A stretch of DNA of 64,000 nt from Dipteris shenzhenensis (Eukaryota), in the NCBI GenBank assembly GCA_047967505.1, contig CM106538.1; one strand, written 5' to 3'. The notes under the pieces are model-generated. The model made no database searches, was not told the DNA's origin, and saw nothing but the letters and a program-made list of their open reading frames with translations. Shown in pieces: positions 14,101-26,348 of this stretch. Made by a program: the position numbers and the translations under genes. How positions within the stretch are numbered: the first letter of the stretch is position 1; each line of letters starts with the position of its first letter.

Positions 14101-17100
14101 CATGGCTTGAAAGAGGTGCGTATACTAGAGGTTATGCTCTCTCTTTATGCTTTCATAGTTACCATTTAACGTATCTTGAATACATGTTAACTTTTGTGAA
14201 TATATAATTGCAGGACAAGTTTCAGAGGTTATGCTCACTTTATGCTTTCATAGTTAACGTATCTTGAATACTTGTTAACCTTTTGTGAATAGATTAGTTG
14301 CAGGGGGATGAGGCTCTGCCATCTCGCTTCCGGTCTTTACTTTTTTTCTTAAATTCGAAGGGGGTGGGGGGGAAAGGCAATTGGACTGGTTAAGTTGTCT
14401 CAATGCTTGAATGGAAGAGTTATCTTGAATATATATACTATAATTTGCAAAGGCTGGGACATGTATCTCAGTGCTTCAATGATATGGTAAGTTGTAGTGT
14501 ATGTTTACCACTAGGAGCTGGAGCCTTGCTATTTCAGCCTGATGTTTTTTCGTATGGTGACTCTTGCATTTTATTCGTAACCTTCTCTTCGTCCACCCTA
14601 GTTCAGAGGCGCAGGAAGGGGCAAAGGCAGCAGCCCAAAAGGGCCTGCCAAAGGCCCTTTATAGGGCTGGTTGGACCAGCCAATCCAGTCGGCTTTTACA
14701 GACCAGGTCGGCTTTTAGAGACCAGGTCGGCCAGTCTGGTCGGCCAGATTTGGCATGACTGGTCGGTTAGGGGCTATACAAGGAGGGCCTCTAGGCCCTC
14801 ATTTCACATCTTCTGAAGCAGCCAGTCCACTAGCAGCAGGAGCAGCAGCAGGGCTACCTTTGGGCCTACATTCAGGAGGAGAAAGAAGTACCTTGTGCTG
14901 CAGACCTAGCTCACAAGAGGCTGCCCACCTAGGCTGGTTTCCAGACAGCAAGGTGGAGAGGATCATTTTGGACGGAAAGTCTATGGACGCTCGAGGTGGA
15001 GCACGCGGGCTCGACTCTAGAGAAAGCCGGCAGATACAAGAAGTACCTTGTGGTAAGATCAGAGGACCACACGATTGGTGGGACTTTGGATCTATCTCTT
15101 TTGTATTGTGTCCTTAGCTTTGGACGGAAATATATTATTTTGGTGTCTTCTATATGTGGCTGGTTCATTGTCTAATGATGAGTCTGCACATCTATCTGAT
15201 GCACATTAAGTTAAGAAGTCTGTGATTCCACTCCCCACACCACACTGTCTGAGCTCCTGGGCTATTCTATCAGTCTTCCGCTGTGCGTACCCTCTGTTGG
15301 TCGATTTCTAACATGGTATCAGAGCCCCAGGAGCTTGAAGGCAGGGACCTCACTGAAGGACGACCCCGATTTAGAAGCTCTTGGGAATCGACTTCCACGA
15401 CTGGAGGACGGTGTCCTTGCGAGAAGGAGGGCGACTCAAGTTCAGTCAGGTGCGTTTAGAGTTCTGGTCTAGTGAAGGTTGAGTTTGTTCGACTTTGTTG
15501 TGTGGTTTAGCAGCTTCAGTCCCTGCTCTTCCTTCCTCCTCTCCTTGATTTCTTTCTTTCACCATCCCTAACTTTGGAGAGTCTGGGAAACTGGATGGGT
15601 CAAATTACCCGATCTGGAAGGTGAAGATCCGGAGTCATTTAGTGGCTCAAAAGTTGTGGAAATTGACAACGGGAGTGGAGGCGAAGCCAGAGGATATGGT
15701 GAACAAGGAGGGGAAGATACTCATGCCAGTAGATGGAGAGGAGCTCGAAGCTTGGGAAGACAGAGATGCCCATGCCCTGGCATTGATCATAGGGACTACG
15801 ATGGACTCTGTGCTTCCTCACATCCAGATGGCAGACACGTCAGTACAGGGGTAGACCATTCTGAAGGATTTGTATGAGACAGACAACACATCCCGGATCT
15901 TGCATCTTCAGCATTAGCTCTACAACCTTGATATGGATGAGGGAGATTCGGTACATGACGACTTGACGAAGGTCAAGGTGGTGAGGGATCAACTGGCATT
16001 AGTTTCTCAGAAGGTGGACTCGCGCCATTTGGCCTTGATGGTACTTAAGGAGTTTACCCTGGAGTTTCAAACGCTTTGTAACGATTGTGACAGCAGGACA
16101 GAGGACCAAACCTCTGACTTTTAAGGACCAAACCTCTAACTTTTAAGGAGTTGGGTCCATTACTGCTACAGGAAGAAGCTAGGGAGAAGCTCTACAACAG
16201 TGACAAAGATGACAAGGCGCTGCTAGCGAAGGATTACGCTGGCGAATGAAAGGGCAAGCCTAATGGTGGCAAGTCCAAGAAAGATGACTCTGATGACGAG
16301 GACACTTCCAAGAGGAAGCAGAAGAAGAAGTGCTTCTATTGTGACACGCCAGGTCATTTTGCGAAGGATTGCAGAAAGAAGAAGGCGGATCAGAAAAATA
16401 GGGAGGAGTCCAACTTAGATTCAAAGGGTGATACAAAAGCCAAAGCAAATGTGGTAATCTAAGAGTTGTTCTTGGTGACATCTCTGTGTGTTATTGAGGT
16501 CAGATATGCCGACCTAGAAACCAAATTGATGATGTCTGACATTGAGATGTGGATCAACAAGCAGTTGGATACCTTTGTGAAGGTGAAGGACAGCATGGAG
16601 TGCTTGGTATCTTTCAGGTGCGTGGCTGTTGATACACGAGGGTGGATTCCATGGAGTGCCCTAGGGTTTCATGTTCAGAATGGTGTACTTCAGAAGGGGA
16701 CAGTACATGATTACACAGGCTATTGGGGTGTGCCTCGATGAGGTGCATATTTTGCTTTCAGAGCAAGCACAGAGGCAGTACAACGATCTGGTATGTACTT
16801 GGTGTTCTTAATTTGAGCCTTTATAGCATGCCATGGAGAGACTCTGCTCTTCATTTGTCTCAGGTAATGCGAGATTGGAAGGAATTGGCCTTCTTCGAAG
16901 GCAGAAGGGGAAGTGTGGGTGCTTCTTCAAATCTCGGACATAGATGGCTGGAAGGTGATGGACACGGTGTACTGAAGCCATAAGAGTACCTGCTTGAGAG
17001 CTCGGTGAGAATCCGTGGTCGAGGTTATCTGTAGATATTCATTTGTTGCGGAGCTTGCCAAAGGAAGGACGGGTTGAAACAGACCCGGTTTTTCACTCAT

Positions 17101-20100
17101 TATGTGTAAACTACTCAGTGCTTTCTAACAACTTGGAGACATGGAGTTACATACTTTTTATTCAGAATTTTATAAGGTGCTCATGGATGCATACCGGAAG
17201 AGATTGCATGAGAGTGAGAGATCTTGCAAACTCGACAATTTGCTGGATATGAATACCAATAAAGAGACATACACAATTGAAATTTGCAAAACTTACTGAC
17301 AGTACACTTGGGTTGAGGGGCTAAGACGCCCCCCCCTCCCCCTTATCTAGACTCACTTTATTTCTTGAAAAAAAAAAGAGATACAAGACCAAGGTGCAAT
17401 GCACCTTCCAAACTTTGAACTCAGTTGATGACTATGACCTAGACGGAAGGCTTAGGAACAACTGTAGAAAGAGATAAACAGTAGAGAGAATACTCCATGG
17501 TTGAGACTAGAATGGATTCAGCTCTTGGACAACCCAATCCTCAAGGAAGAAACCTGCAATAATCACCACTTCCATCCAACATTAGTTGCAAGCACTAGTT
17601 ATCTAGGAAGAGGCGAATATCAACATAGAATTGTGCTGCAAATGAGATAAACTTGAAATTACAAACTCCCCTCATGACTTGACTCCTTTGGAGATGGAGT
17701 CCTTGATGCATCTGCAGCCCCCTTGGGTGGGAAGAGTGAGATCATGGGGCTGGAGTAAGAAAAGCTCAGAAAAATGCCCTGTAGGCTAGAGAAAGAAAGT
17801 CAGAAAGGGGTTATACTTTTAGAGAGAGAGTGTTATGGCTGCCTCCAAGCTGAGAGATTGAAAAGGGGATGCTGCTGCAGTTCCAAAGGTGCGGAGAGAG
17901 GATGTTTTCTGCATGGGATAGGGCTGGACCTGTACAGAGAGAAAATCACTGCAGTAGAGAGAGAAAGCCTGCAGAAAGAGAGAGAGGGTGCTGTTTGTAG
18001 AAAAGGGGGTAGGGGCAGATTTAGAGAAAGGGGGATAGACTAGCAGAAGGGGAGAGAGATAGGGGAAGAAGGGAGGAGAAGGGGTAGGAGAGAGGGAATG
18101 AGGTAGGAAAGAGAGGGAGAGAATGAGAGGGAGTAGGGAAGAGAGAGAGTGAGTGAGCGTAGGCAGGAAGGAGGAAGGGAGAGTAGATAGGATTAGATGT
18201 CACATCAAAAAGTACATAGTAGGGAGTGTATGGAGACTCATATAGTTCCTCCACATTTTCCACCTAAAGGACCTCTAACTTGGCCCTTTTTCCCCTTCAT
18301 TACAGCCATCCCTTCCCATAGAATTTTGCCCTCAAAATTTCACAGCATGGCTGTCCAAAAGTGCAGCAAACAGCAACTACTAATCAATCCGGTAGGAGAT
18401 AGGGGTGGTCCTAGACAATGCTTTCTGGCTGCCATGAATTTTCATCCTCAGGGAGTCCCCGCCACTGGATAAGATACTCTACGTAGGCCTTGTTCCGGAG
18501 TACATGGTCTCTGAAACCCACGATGCGTTCCGGGACATAGAGGATGTGGCCCTCTTGATCCATAGGTGGCAACTCTGGAAGAACATGGACATGCTGTCCA
18601 ACATGTGGTTTCAGCAAAGATACATGGAAAACATCATGGATCTTGGAGGTACTGGGTAGCTCCAACTGATATGCTACCTCTCCAACCTTGCGGATGATCC
18701 TGTAGGGACCGTAATACCTATGAGCAAGCTTTGTGTTGGTATTACCTTTCAGTGAGGCATAACGGTTCTTATGGAGACACAAATGCACTTAATCTCCTTC
18801 TTTGAAAGACAATTATCTCCTACGTTCATCTGCATATTTCTTCTGCTTGGCTTGGGCATCGTGCATATTCCTTTTTGCCAACTGCAGAAGGGCATCCATC
18901 CTCTCCAAGTCATTCCGTGCTTGCTGATTTTTCACAGCCATGTCACGAATTGAAGAAGGCATCCCGACCTTGCATCCGTACATTGCCTCAAACAGGCTCA
19001 TGCCAATGGAGAGATGCTTGGTAGTGTATTCAGCAAGTGACAACCATTTATCCCAAGACTCCTGAGTATCACGACAAAAATGCCTCAAATATTCCTCCAC
19101 CCATTTGTTCACCCTTTTTGACTGTCCATCAGTCTCAGGATGTGGTAAGCAGTGCTAGGTGTGAGTAAAGTACCCATTGCTGTAAATATCTCATGCCAAA
19201 AGTGACCCATAAACTTTGCATCTCTGTCATTGACAATTTCCTGAGGGAAACCATTGAATTGCCAAGCAACCTGCGATGCTGAATACTGGGTCTTAGTGGG
19301 TATGAAATGGGCCTGTTTTGTCATTCTATCCACCACAACAAAGATGCTGTCCCATCCCCTCTTCTGTAGAAGGCAATATGTGATGAAATCCATTGCTATG
19401 TGCGTCCATTTGCCCTTTGAAACGGGTAATGGTTGCAAGAGGCATGCGGGTAACTTCTTGTCCACTTTATTCTGCTGGCAAGGCAAGCATTCAGCCACGT
19501 ATTTAACCACATCCCTCCACATGCCTTTCCAGGTAAAGCTCTGCTTGATTCTTTCATATGTTTTAGTGATACCTGAATGTCCAGCCATGGGAGAGGAGTG
19601 CATTTCTTGCAAAACCAGCTGGTGGTATTTTGAGTCTGGCACTAAATAAATCCTGTCTTGGCACCACAACAGCCCATTATGCAATTTGAAATCCGGATAA
19701 CCCTGACTAGAAGGCTTCTGCAAATCTGAAAATATGAGAGCTGCTTTAGAATCCCGCATATACTCTTCCGGAATGCCATGAATCCACTTCTGATATATGG
19801 TAGAGATAGCAGACAAATTGCAATCCCACATTGTGGACAAGGCATCTGCAACAACATTTTCCTTTCCTTTTTTGTACTCAATGTCAAAATCATAGGATTG
19901 GACTGCAGCCAACCACCTCTTCTGCTTATATGACAAATTTGGCTGGGTGAGGAAGAATCTGAGTGTCCTATGATCTGTTTTCACCTTAATTTTACTTCCG
20001 TACAGATAGTGGTGCCATTTCTTGAAAGCATACAAGATAGCCAGCATCTCTTGATCATAAACATGGAAATTGACTTAATTGGCATCAAACTTCTTGCTTT

Positions 20101-23100
20101 CAAAGGCTATTACCCTGTGTTCCTGCCTCAAAACAGCCCCCAATCCTTCGCCATTGGCATTTGCTCCCACAATGAAAGGACGCGAAAAATCAGGGCATAC
20201 CAAGACAGGTGCATGAGTGAGAGCAAATTTTAGGTCTTCAAAGCTGCGTTGTGCTTCCCTTGACCACCCAAAAGCATCCTTCTTCAAGAGGTCAGTAAGA
20301 GGAGCTGCCCTCTTGGCAAATTTGCGAATAAAGCGCCTGTAGAACTTAAAAATCCTCTCAATTGGGTGGGATTTTGTGGCTGTGGCCAATCTTTGATGCA
20401 TTTCACCTTTGCAAGATCCACCCGAATGCCACGTCTACTCACAATATGCCCCAGGTACTCAACCTCCTTTGCCATAAAAGTGCATTTGCTGGCTTTTGCA
20501 TAAACCTGATGCATCCTTAAAATTTCCAGCACTTGCTTCACATGCTTAATGTGCTCTTGTCTATCCTTGCTGTAAATGAGGATATCATCAAAGAAAACCA
20601 ACACGCATCTAAAGAAGTGGCTGTACTATCTTGTTCATCAATGCCAGGAAGGTGGCCGGTGCATTAGTCAATCCAAAAGGCATCACCTTGAATTCATACA
20701 AGCCTTGTTCTGTGCAGAAGGCCGTTTTGTGCTCATCTCCTCCTTTCACCCTGATTTGATGGTAACCAGACCTCAAATCTATCTTTGTGAAAAATTGAGC
20801 ACCCTTGAGTTTCATCCAAGAGGTCATCTATCCTGGGGATTGGAAACGTGTTCTTGATAGTGGCCTTATTTAGATCCCTGTAATCAATGCACATGCGGTA
20901 TGATCCATCCTTCTTCTTCACCAGAAGCACCGGAGCGGCAAAAGGAGAAGTGCTATGAGAGATGAAGTTCTTCTCAAGCAATTCCCGCACCTGTACTGCC
21001 ACTTCCTCCCACTCAACCTTAGAAAGACAGGATGGGGCTTTGTTTATGGGCTTACTGCCAAGCTCTAGAACAATGGCATGATCCACATTCCTCTTGGGAG
21101 GCAATTGGGATGGCATATCAGCAAATACATCAGCAAACTCCGATAGCAACTGCTGCATATCACAATCCTCAACACGGGGAATGCTACCCCCTTGAGATAT
21201 TGACACATTCAATGGGTAGAGGGCATGTTCCTTCTTGAGCTCTCTGGCTAACTCCCTTGCTGAAATGACCTGCAATTTAGGAGTGGCAATGCCATGCAAT
21301 GTTACAGTTCTACCCTTGTGGACAAAGCTGAGTGATAGTGCATTTAAATCTATGCTGATTTTACCCAAAGATTTCAGCCAATTGCAGCCGAGGACAGCAT
21401 CTATTGGGCCCATATCCAGTGCCAAGAGATCCCCAGCAAATTCATAATTCTCAGAGAGCTTGATCCTTGCACTTGGCAACAAAATTTAATGACCAAATGC
21501 TGTCCATTTGCCACTTCTACTCTCAGCCCATGATCAATCTCAGTAGCAATCAGTCCCACCTGAGTGCTACCGCTGTCCACAAGCATGTGAACAGTCCTTC
21601 CAGTAATTTGTCCTTTCAATCTGATAGTTTCAGCACTTTTGGCACCCATCAAGGCATGATAAGAGATAGCATAAATGGCTTGCTACGCATCCCAATAGAT
21701 CTCCTCTTTGTCCACAGGAGCATTGCCATGTGCATCCTCTCACGCAAGAAAAGGCATAGCAACTTGATGCTCCACATGAAAGACTTTAGGCCAACGGCCT
21801 CGAATGGTACATACGGGCTGAGTGTCATTGGAATGTATACCATGCATATTATGTTCATTAGCACCACCGGGCTCAAAGGGGAAATCAGCCCCCTTCGTGG
21901 CTCCAACATCTGGAGCTTCTTCCACGATTTGTGCACCCTCTGAATCATCCTGAGTGGCATCCCAAGTCTCAGAAGCATCCATCAAATCCTCATCATCCGA
22001 TATCTCAATAATCATGCTGAGTTTTGCTGTACCACTGTTATGCATTTTGCAAATGGAGTCCACTTCTCACCACAGTTAGCATAAGTTTGTCCTCTTGCTG
22101 TCCATAATAGCCCTGGTGTGTGGTTTAAATTCTGATTTTTCAAGTCCAACACTTGGCTTCATTCCAATCATTCACCTTAGGCTTCTTATCAACCTCATTT
22201 GCATTCCCATATGCACTGCCCGGTGTCATCTTATATTTGCTGGCATATTTGGGCTCAAATACCTCTGCCAATTGGGTTGCACTCTCAATTGTTTGAGGGT
22301 TATGTGCCTTCACATCTGGAGCAAGAGAAGGACTTAACCCATGGATGAAACGCAACATCTTTCCCTTTTCAGATACGTCCTACACAAATAGGGAAAGCCT
22401 CTAAAAGCACTGCAAGTACTCTTGGACCGTACCGGTCTACGACAAGGCATAAAATTCAGACAAGTGGGGATACAAATGTAGTGACCATCAATTCTTTGAA
22501 ACCCCTGCAAGTGGTTGGTCTTTGACGAATCCCTATGTATCGCCACCATGTGTGGGCATAGTCCTGCATATGCATACTTGCAAAAATGATGCGCTCGACT
22601 TGGCGTAGACGCGGAAATAGTCTTCCAGCTTCGTGAGCCACTCCTTCAACTCATTAGGAGTGCGAGTGTCCCCTTTAAACTTATGCACTGCTTGATATCC
22701 TTGGCTCCATAATTCTTGTGTGTGTAGCCTCTAGAAGTGCGGGCATCATCACGCTTGAGGTTCACATAATCGGAGAAGGGCATCTCAAGTTTGATGGCCT
22801 CAAGTAGGGCCTTATATGAAGGCAAAGAATCTGCCAACATGTCATCAAAAGTGGCTTGCTGCCCACCACCAACCCCCTGCTGCGTAGTAGCTGCTGCCAT
22901 CTGATGCACTGGCTGAGTTTGGCTATATGTGCTCGCTGGCGGAGTGATAGGTGCATGAACCCCGGGCTGGGTCTTTGTGCCAAATGCATCTCTCCGAAAT
23001 GATGGCATACCAAAGGGCTGAGAAGAGGACTGACCTTTCTCTGAGGGGTGTGGGCTGCCATATAAACCAAAGCCAGCTCCAGGCATACTCGCTGGTGCTG

Positions 23101-24459
23101 TGAAAGGAGCACTAATTGGATGCACGGGTTTCCCTGTGCAGTCTGTCCTCTCCAAGCTTGGACAGCATCTAGACCCTTCTCTGTTAGATCTGCCCTCCAT
23201 GGTGGATCTCCTCTACTGGGTACTTGTGCTTACTCTGCCCACATGGCAGCCCCATGCCTATTACTATTCTATGGTCCACCCCCCCAATACACTCCTCATA
23301 TGAGGGCTCCTATCCCAACAGTTCCCACAGGAGGATGACTTTCAGGCTAGGATTTGACGGGGAAATGGGGGGCTACTCCATGTGCCCACTATGGGTTGTC
23401 TGGCATGTCCTCAAGATCTGAATGACCGGGACTATGCCAGAAGATCTGAATGACCGGGACTATGCCAGGCTTTATGGGGGCACTATACAAGTCGGCTGTC
23501 TGGGCTGACTAAGCTGACCTGCTGGTTGGAAGATTCGGCTTTGCCCCTTGCCTGGGCTGCCAGCCTCCTGGCTTCACCCCTCTACTCAAGCCTCCAACTG
23601 GCAGTGGACAAGAGGAGAGGGACAAGAAGCTGTGGTGCAGATTTTCCTTCAGCACTTCGGATGAGATCTGGGCAGCACTTTTGTACCTGCAAGTCTACGT
23701 TTTGTGGCACCTATGTGAGCAGACAACTTTCAGTTGATCTACCCAAGACGAGATTCTGGAATCTTCCAAAACCTAGATGGCAGCTTTTGCTTGAGTACTG
23801 ATGAGACCATAACTAATTTATTTCAACTAATTTTTAAGATTTGATATTTCCCAGTCTTAAGAAGGCATATAGATACTTTGTGCACTTGACTGAGAGTTTG
23901 GAAATGGTTTCTTTCATTCTTCTGCTGTGAACTAGTATCAGGTGTGTTGGTTATTCTCTTATAAGCATTCCACATCTGCTGTTGCGGGTTGATGAAGTGG
24001 CTGGGAAGTCATGGTAACTACTCATGGAGGAGTGGAGGGTTTTCACCATTCTCGGGGATATTACTGCATTTTTCTTCCCTAGATGCACTGTCTCAACAAA
24101 GTCATACTTCGCATTGATACTAAAACTAATTTGGAGTGGGATAAAGCCGACCAATTGCCTTCACTGTTGCACATTGCTAGGTCACTTGTATGCACATCCA
24201 TGGTCCTATGTTGCCGAAGCTAGCCAGACACCTTTCAAATATGAATGCCTTGTTTAGTTCAGGGAAGAGTCGCTGTTTCAAGATTGCTTTATTGACCTGA
24301 CAGTTTGCAGCTTGTGATTTACCTGAAGTGCAATGAAAGAGACTAAACATTTGCTTTCTGTCTTTTGGGGTGAGGCAGGTCCACTTTGTATTATATGAGG
24401 AGGGCACTTGGGTAGAGTGGCTTTCCAAAGCAAACCAAAGCTTTGAAAAAATCTTGTAA
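10417..24459 (+). CDS. Macrodomain protein, MacroD/YmdB-type (ADP-ribose binding or glycohydrolase; Arabidopsis At2g40600-like); 7 exons, 387 aa
   Basis: Join 10417-11106, 11239-11287, 13171-13273, 13406-13501, 13745-13819, 14046-14115, 24379-24459. All introns are GT-AG and phases are consistent (1164 nt). Motifs: [63 protein letters not shown]. Confidence 0.95.
11239..11287 (+). CDS. Macrodomain gene exon 2
   Basis: Acceptor TTGCAG; encodes [16 protein letters not shown]; donor GTTTGT. Confidence 0.95.
13171..13273 (+). CDS. Macrodomain gene exon 3
   Basis: Acceptor ACAG; encodes (A)[33 protein letters not shown]; donor GTAATA. Confidence 0.95.
13406..13501 (+). CDS. Macrodomain gene exon 4
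   Basis: Poly-T tract then CGCAG; encodes [31 protein letters not shown]; donor GTAAGT. Confidence 0.95.
13745..13819 (+). CDS. Macrodomain gene exon 5
   Basis: Acceptor TGCAG; encodes [24 protein letters not shown]; donor GTAAGC. Confidence 0.95.
14046..14115 (+). CDS. Macrodomain gene exon 6
   Basis: Acceptor TTTTGCAG; encodes [23 protein letters not shown]; donor GTGCGT. Confidence 0.93.
14125..14303 (+). repeat. ~90-bp tandem duplication at the start of intron 6
   Basis: agaggttatgctc..tttatgctttcatagtta..cgtatcttgaatac..ttttgtgaata..ttgcag occurs twice, ending at 14213 and 14303. Confidence 0.85.
14600..17075 (+). mobile_element. Ty1/copia gag-only remnant in intron 6 (5'-truncated LTR, PBS, gag)
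   Basis: LTR ends TTTCTAACA at 15313; PBS TGGTATCAGAGC at 15314-15325. Copia gag [23 protein letters not shown] and zinc knuckle [14 protein letters not shown]. Same family as the element at 26349-31857. Confidence 0.85.
17190..23800 (-). mobile_element. Ty3/gypsy chromovirus, degraded; 3' LTR present, 5' LTR and PBS not found; inside intron 6
   Basis: gag remnants ~22100-23200; protease [10 protein letters not shown] ([44 protein letters not shown]); RNase H; integrase ([19 protein letters not shown]); chromodomain [21 protein letters not shown] then LTR starting at 18304 on minus. Outer ends approximate. Confidence 0.92.
24379..24459 (+). CDS. Macrodomain gene exon 7 (terminal), after a 10.3-kb intron
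   Basis: Acceptor GCAG, phase 0; encodes [26 protein letters not shown], the expected last strand and helix of plant macrodomain proteins. Confidence 0.9.
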   Translation, partial: VHFVLYEEGTWVEWLSKANQSFEKIL

Positions 24460-24743
24460 AGGTGGTTTAAAAAAAAAGATGCATGCCTATCTCATGCGGG
24501 GTCTCGCAGCTGTGTAAGCTGTGATGACTGAGCTCAAATTTGATAGAAATACTCCTATAATATAGACTTCGATCCAGTTTATGTCAAGATTGAGGCTGTA
24601 TCATCAGCATGAATTGTAATTGAGTACTACAGGAGCTTGAACAGAACAAGAAATTTGTACTCGATGGCTCTTCCGAGTTTAGGGTGGGTTAGTAATACTT
24701 TAATGTTAGGTTACAAAATGAGAGATGTTGCATTTCTTTTGTA

Positions 24744-24800
24744 ATGTGAGATCAGCTTTGTTATGTGTTACACTTCTTTAGGTATGGTGAATGAAAATTT

Positions 24801-24843
<43 letters not shown>

Positions 24844-24975
24844 ATGTGAGATCAGCTTTGTTATGTGTTACACTTCTTTAGGTATGGTGAATGAAAATTT
24901 TATTTTATTTAAATAAAATTTTCATTCACCATACCTAAAGAAGTTTAACACATAACAAAGCTGATCTCACATGAG
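24744..24975. repeat. Direct plus inverted triplication around (TA)n, forming a 65-bp-arm hairpin
   Basis: 24841-24905 is the reverse complement of 24911-24975 with one mismatch and a 5-nt loop. A third, direct copy lies at 24744-24804. (AT)n at 24805-24840. Confidence 0.95.
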
Positions 24976-26348
24976 GTCTATAACAATTTCTAATTGATGT
25001 CATTGTCCTCAGGTTTATCTGTTTTTATGTTCCAATTTTATTTCAGTAGATACAAGTGACAGATACACAATGGAGAGAGAGAGAGAGAGGTTATTGAAGA
25101 CCGATGGGTCTATGAGACTGATAGAAAACTGAAAGGGTGGAGCTACTAAACAAGCATCATCACCCATGTTGAATGCTAACTGCTAAGTAGTACATAGTCA
25201 TATCATCAGTAATGGCATCATCGTCGAGTCAATCACCATCAAGGCTGGTTGGCTTTGGTCAATGCAATGCGTCCCCCACAAGGGTATACGTGTGTGATGT
25301 GTAGCCAGTGATGGAGCGTCGGCGACTGTCTGTGGGTGTTGCCCGTCTCGGTCTCCCGGTAATGGCTTTGCTCTTGATCAAGGTTATTGTAACCCCTGTG
25401 GGTCATGTCCTAGGCTTGATCATGGATGGGAGGTCGCTCAATGTGATATGCATGTCCGTTCGCTGACGAGTGCGGCATGCCTAACATCAGGATCTCTGTT
25501 GCGCCTGCTATTAGTGGCCGCGAGGCTCTTGTGATCTGACTGGAAGAACTCCATGATCTTGCTCTGAGAAGGGCTGGGCCATGTGTTTGAAGACTGTCTC
25601 TGCGTCCTGAGTAAGTGCTCCTTGTGGTGGATTGCCTCGTGGATGAAGGCTACAAGGCATCCTTGGTTTGGGTATGAGAGAAGTCTGGATAGTGGCCCAA
25701 AACCAGCCCTAAAAAGACAATGGTATCGACTGTAGATCTCGTAGTACACAGGGCATTTGAACGTGAAGTGCTCCTTTGACACTCCCACCTCTGGTCGATC
25801 ACATGGGTATCCCGTTAGCTTGTCTACTTTCGATGCGGAGTCGGTGTGAAGAGACTTGAAACTGTCCGATAGAGATCCTCAGTGAGACTGTGGCAAGTAG
25901 ATCTGAGTGTACTTTGGTGGGACAATGAAGCCCTCCTCAGAGACGCGCAAGCAGTGGTCTTAGTAGAAATTGAGCTTAACTTGAAGCTCTCAGCTCCAAC
26001 CAGGTCCTAAATGTGTGCAACTGTAGTAGATCCTCTCGAATGACCTGGTTGACCTCATGGTATCCTAGCGGGATAGATGGAGCGTCTAAGCTGTACTCGA
26101 AGGGAGGCAGTATTTCTATGTGAAGGCCCAATCTCTCGAACCACCTACATGTCTGGGCATACCAGCCTCTCTCATCCCCACTGTCTGCGAGGTCCATGGA
26201 TGAAGACGGAGCCAGCTATGGCAACTTGTGCCGATTCGCTATATTGGACCCATACTGTCTGACGTAGTGTAGGTAGGTAATGGTCTGGAATGCTGCATCT
26301 AGCTGCAGTGGAGATGCACCGAACTCAGCCTGAATGATATGATATGGC

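Noticed and set aside
23797-23830. Hammerhead ribozyme (CTGATGAG)
   Set aside because: No stem II or GAAA core follows; the same applies to the other CTGATGA hits checked.
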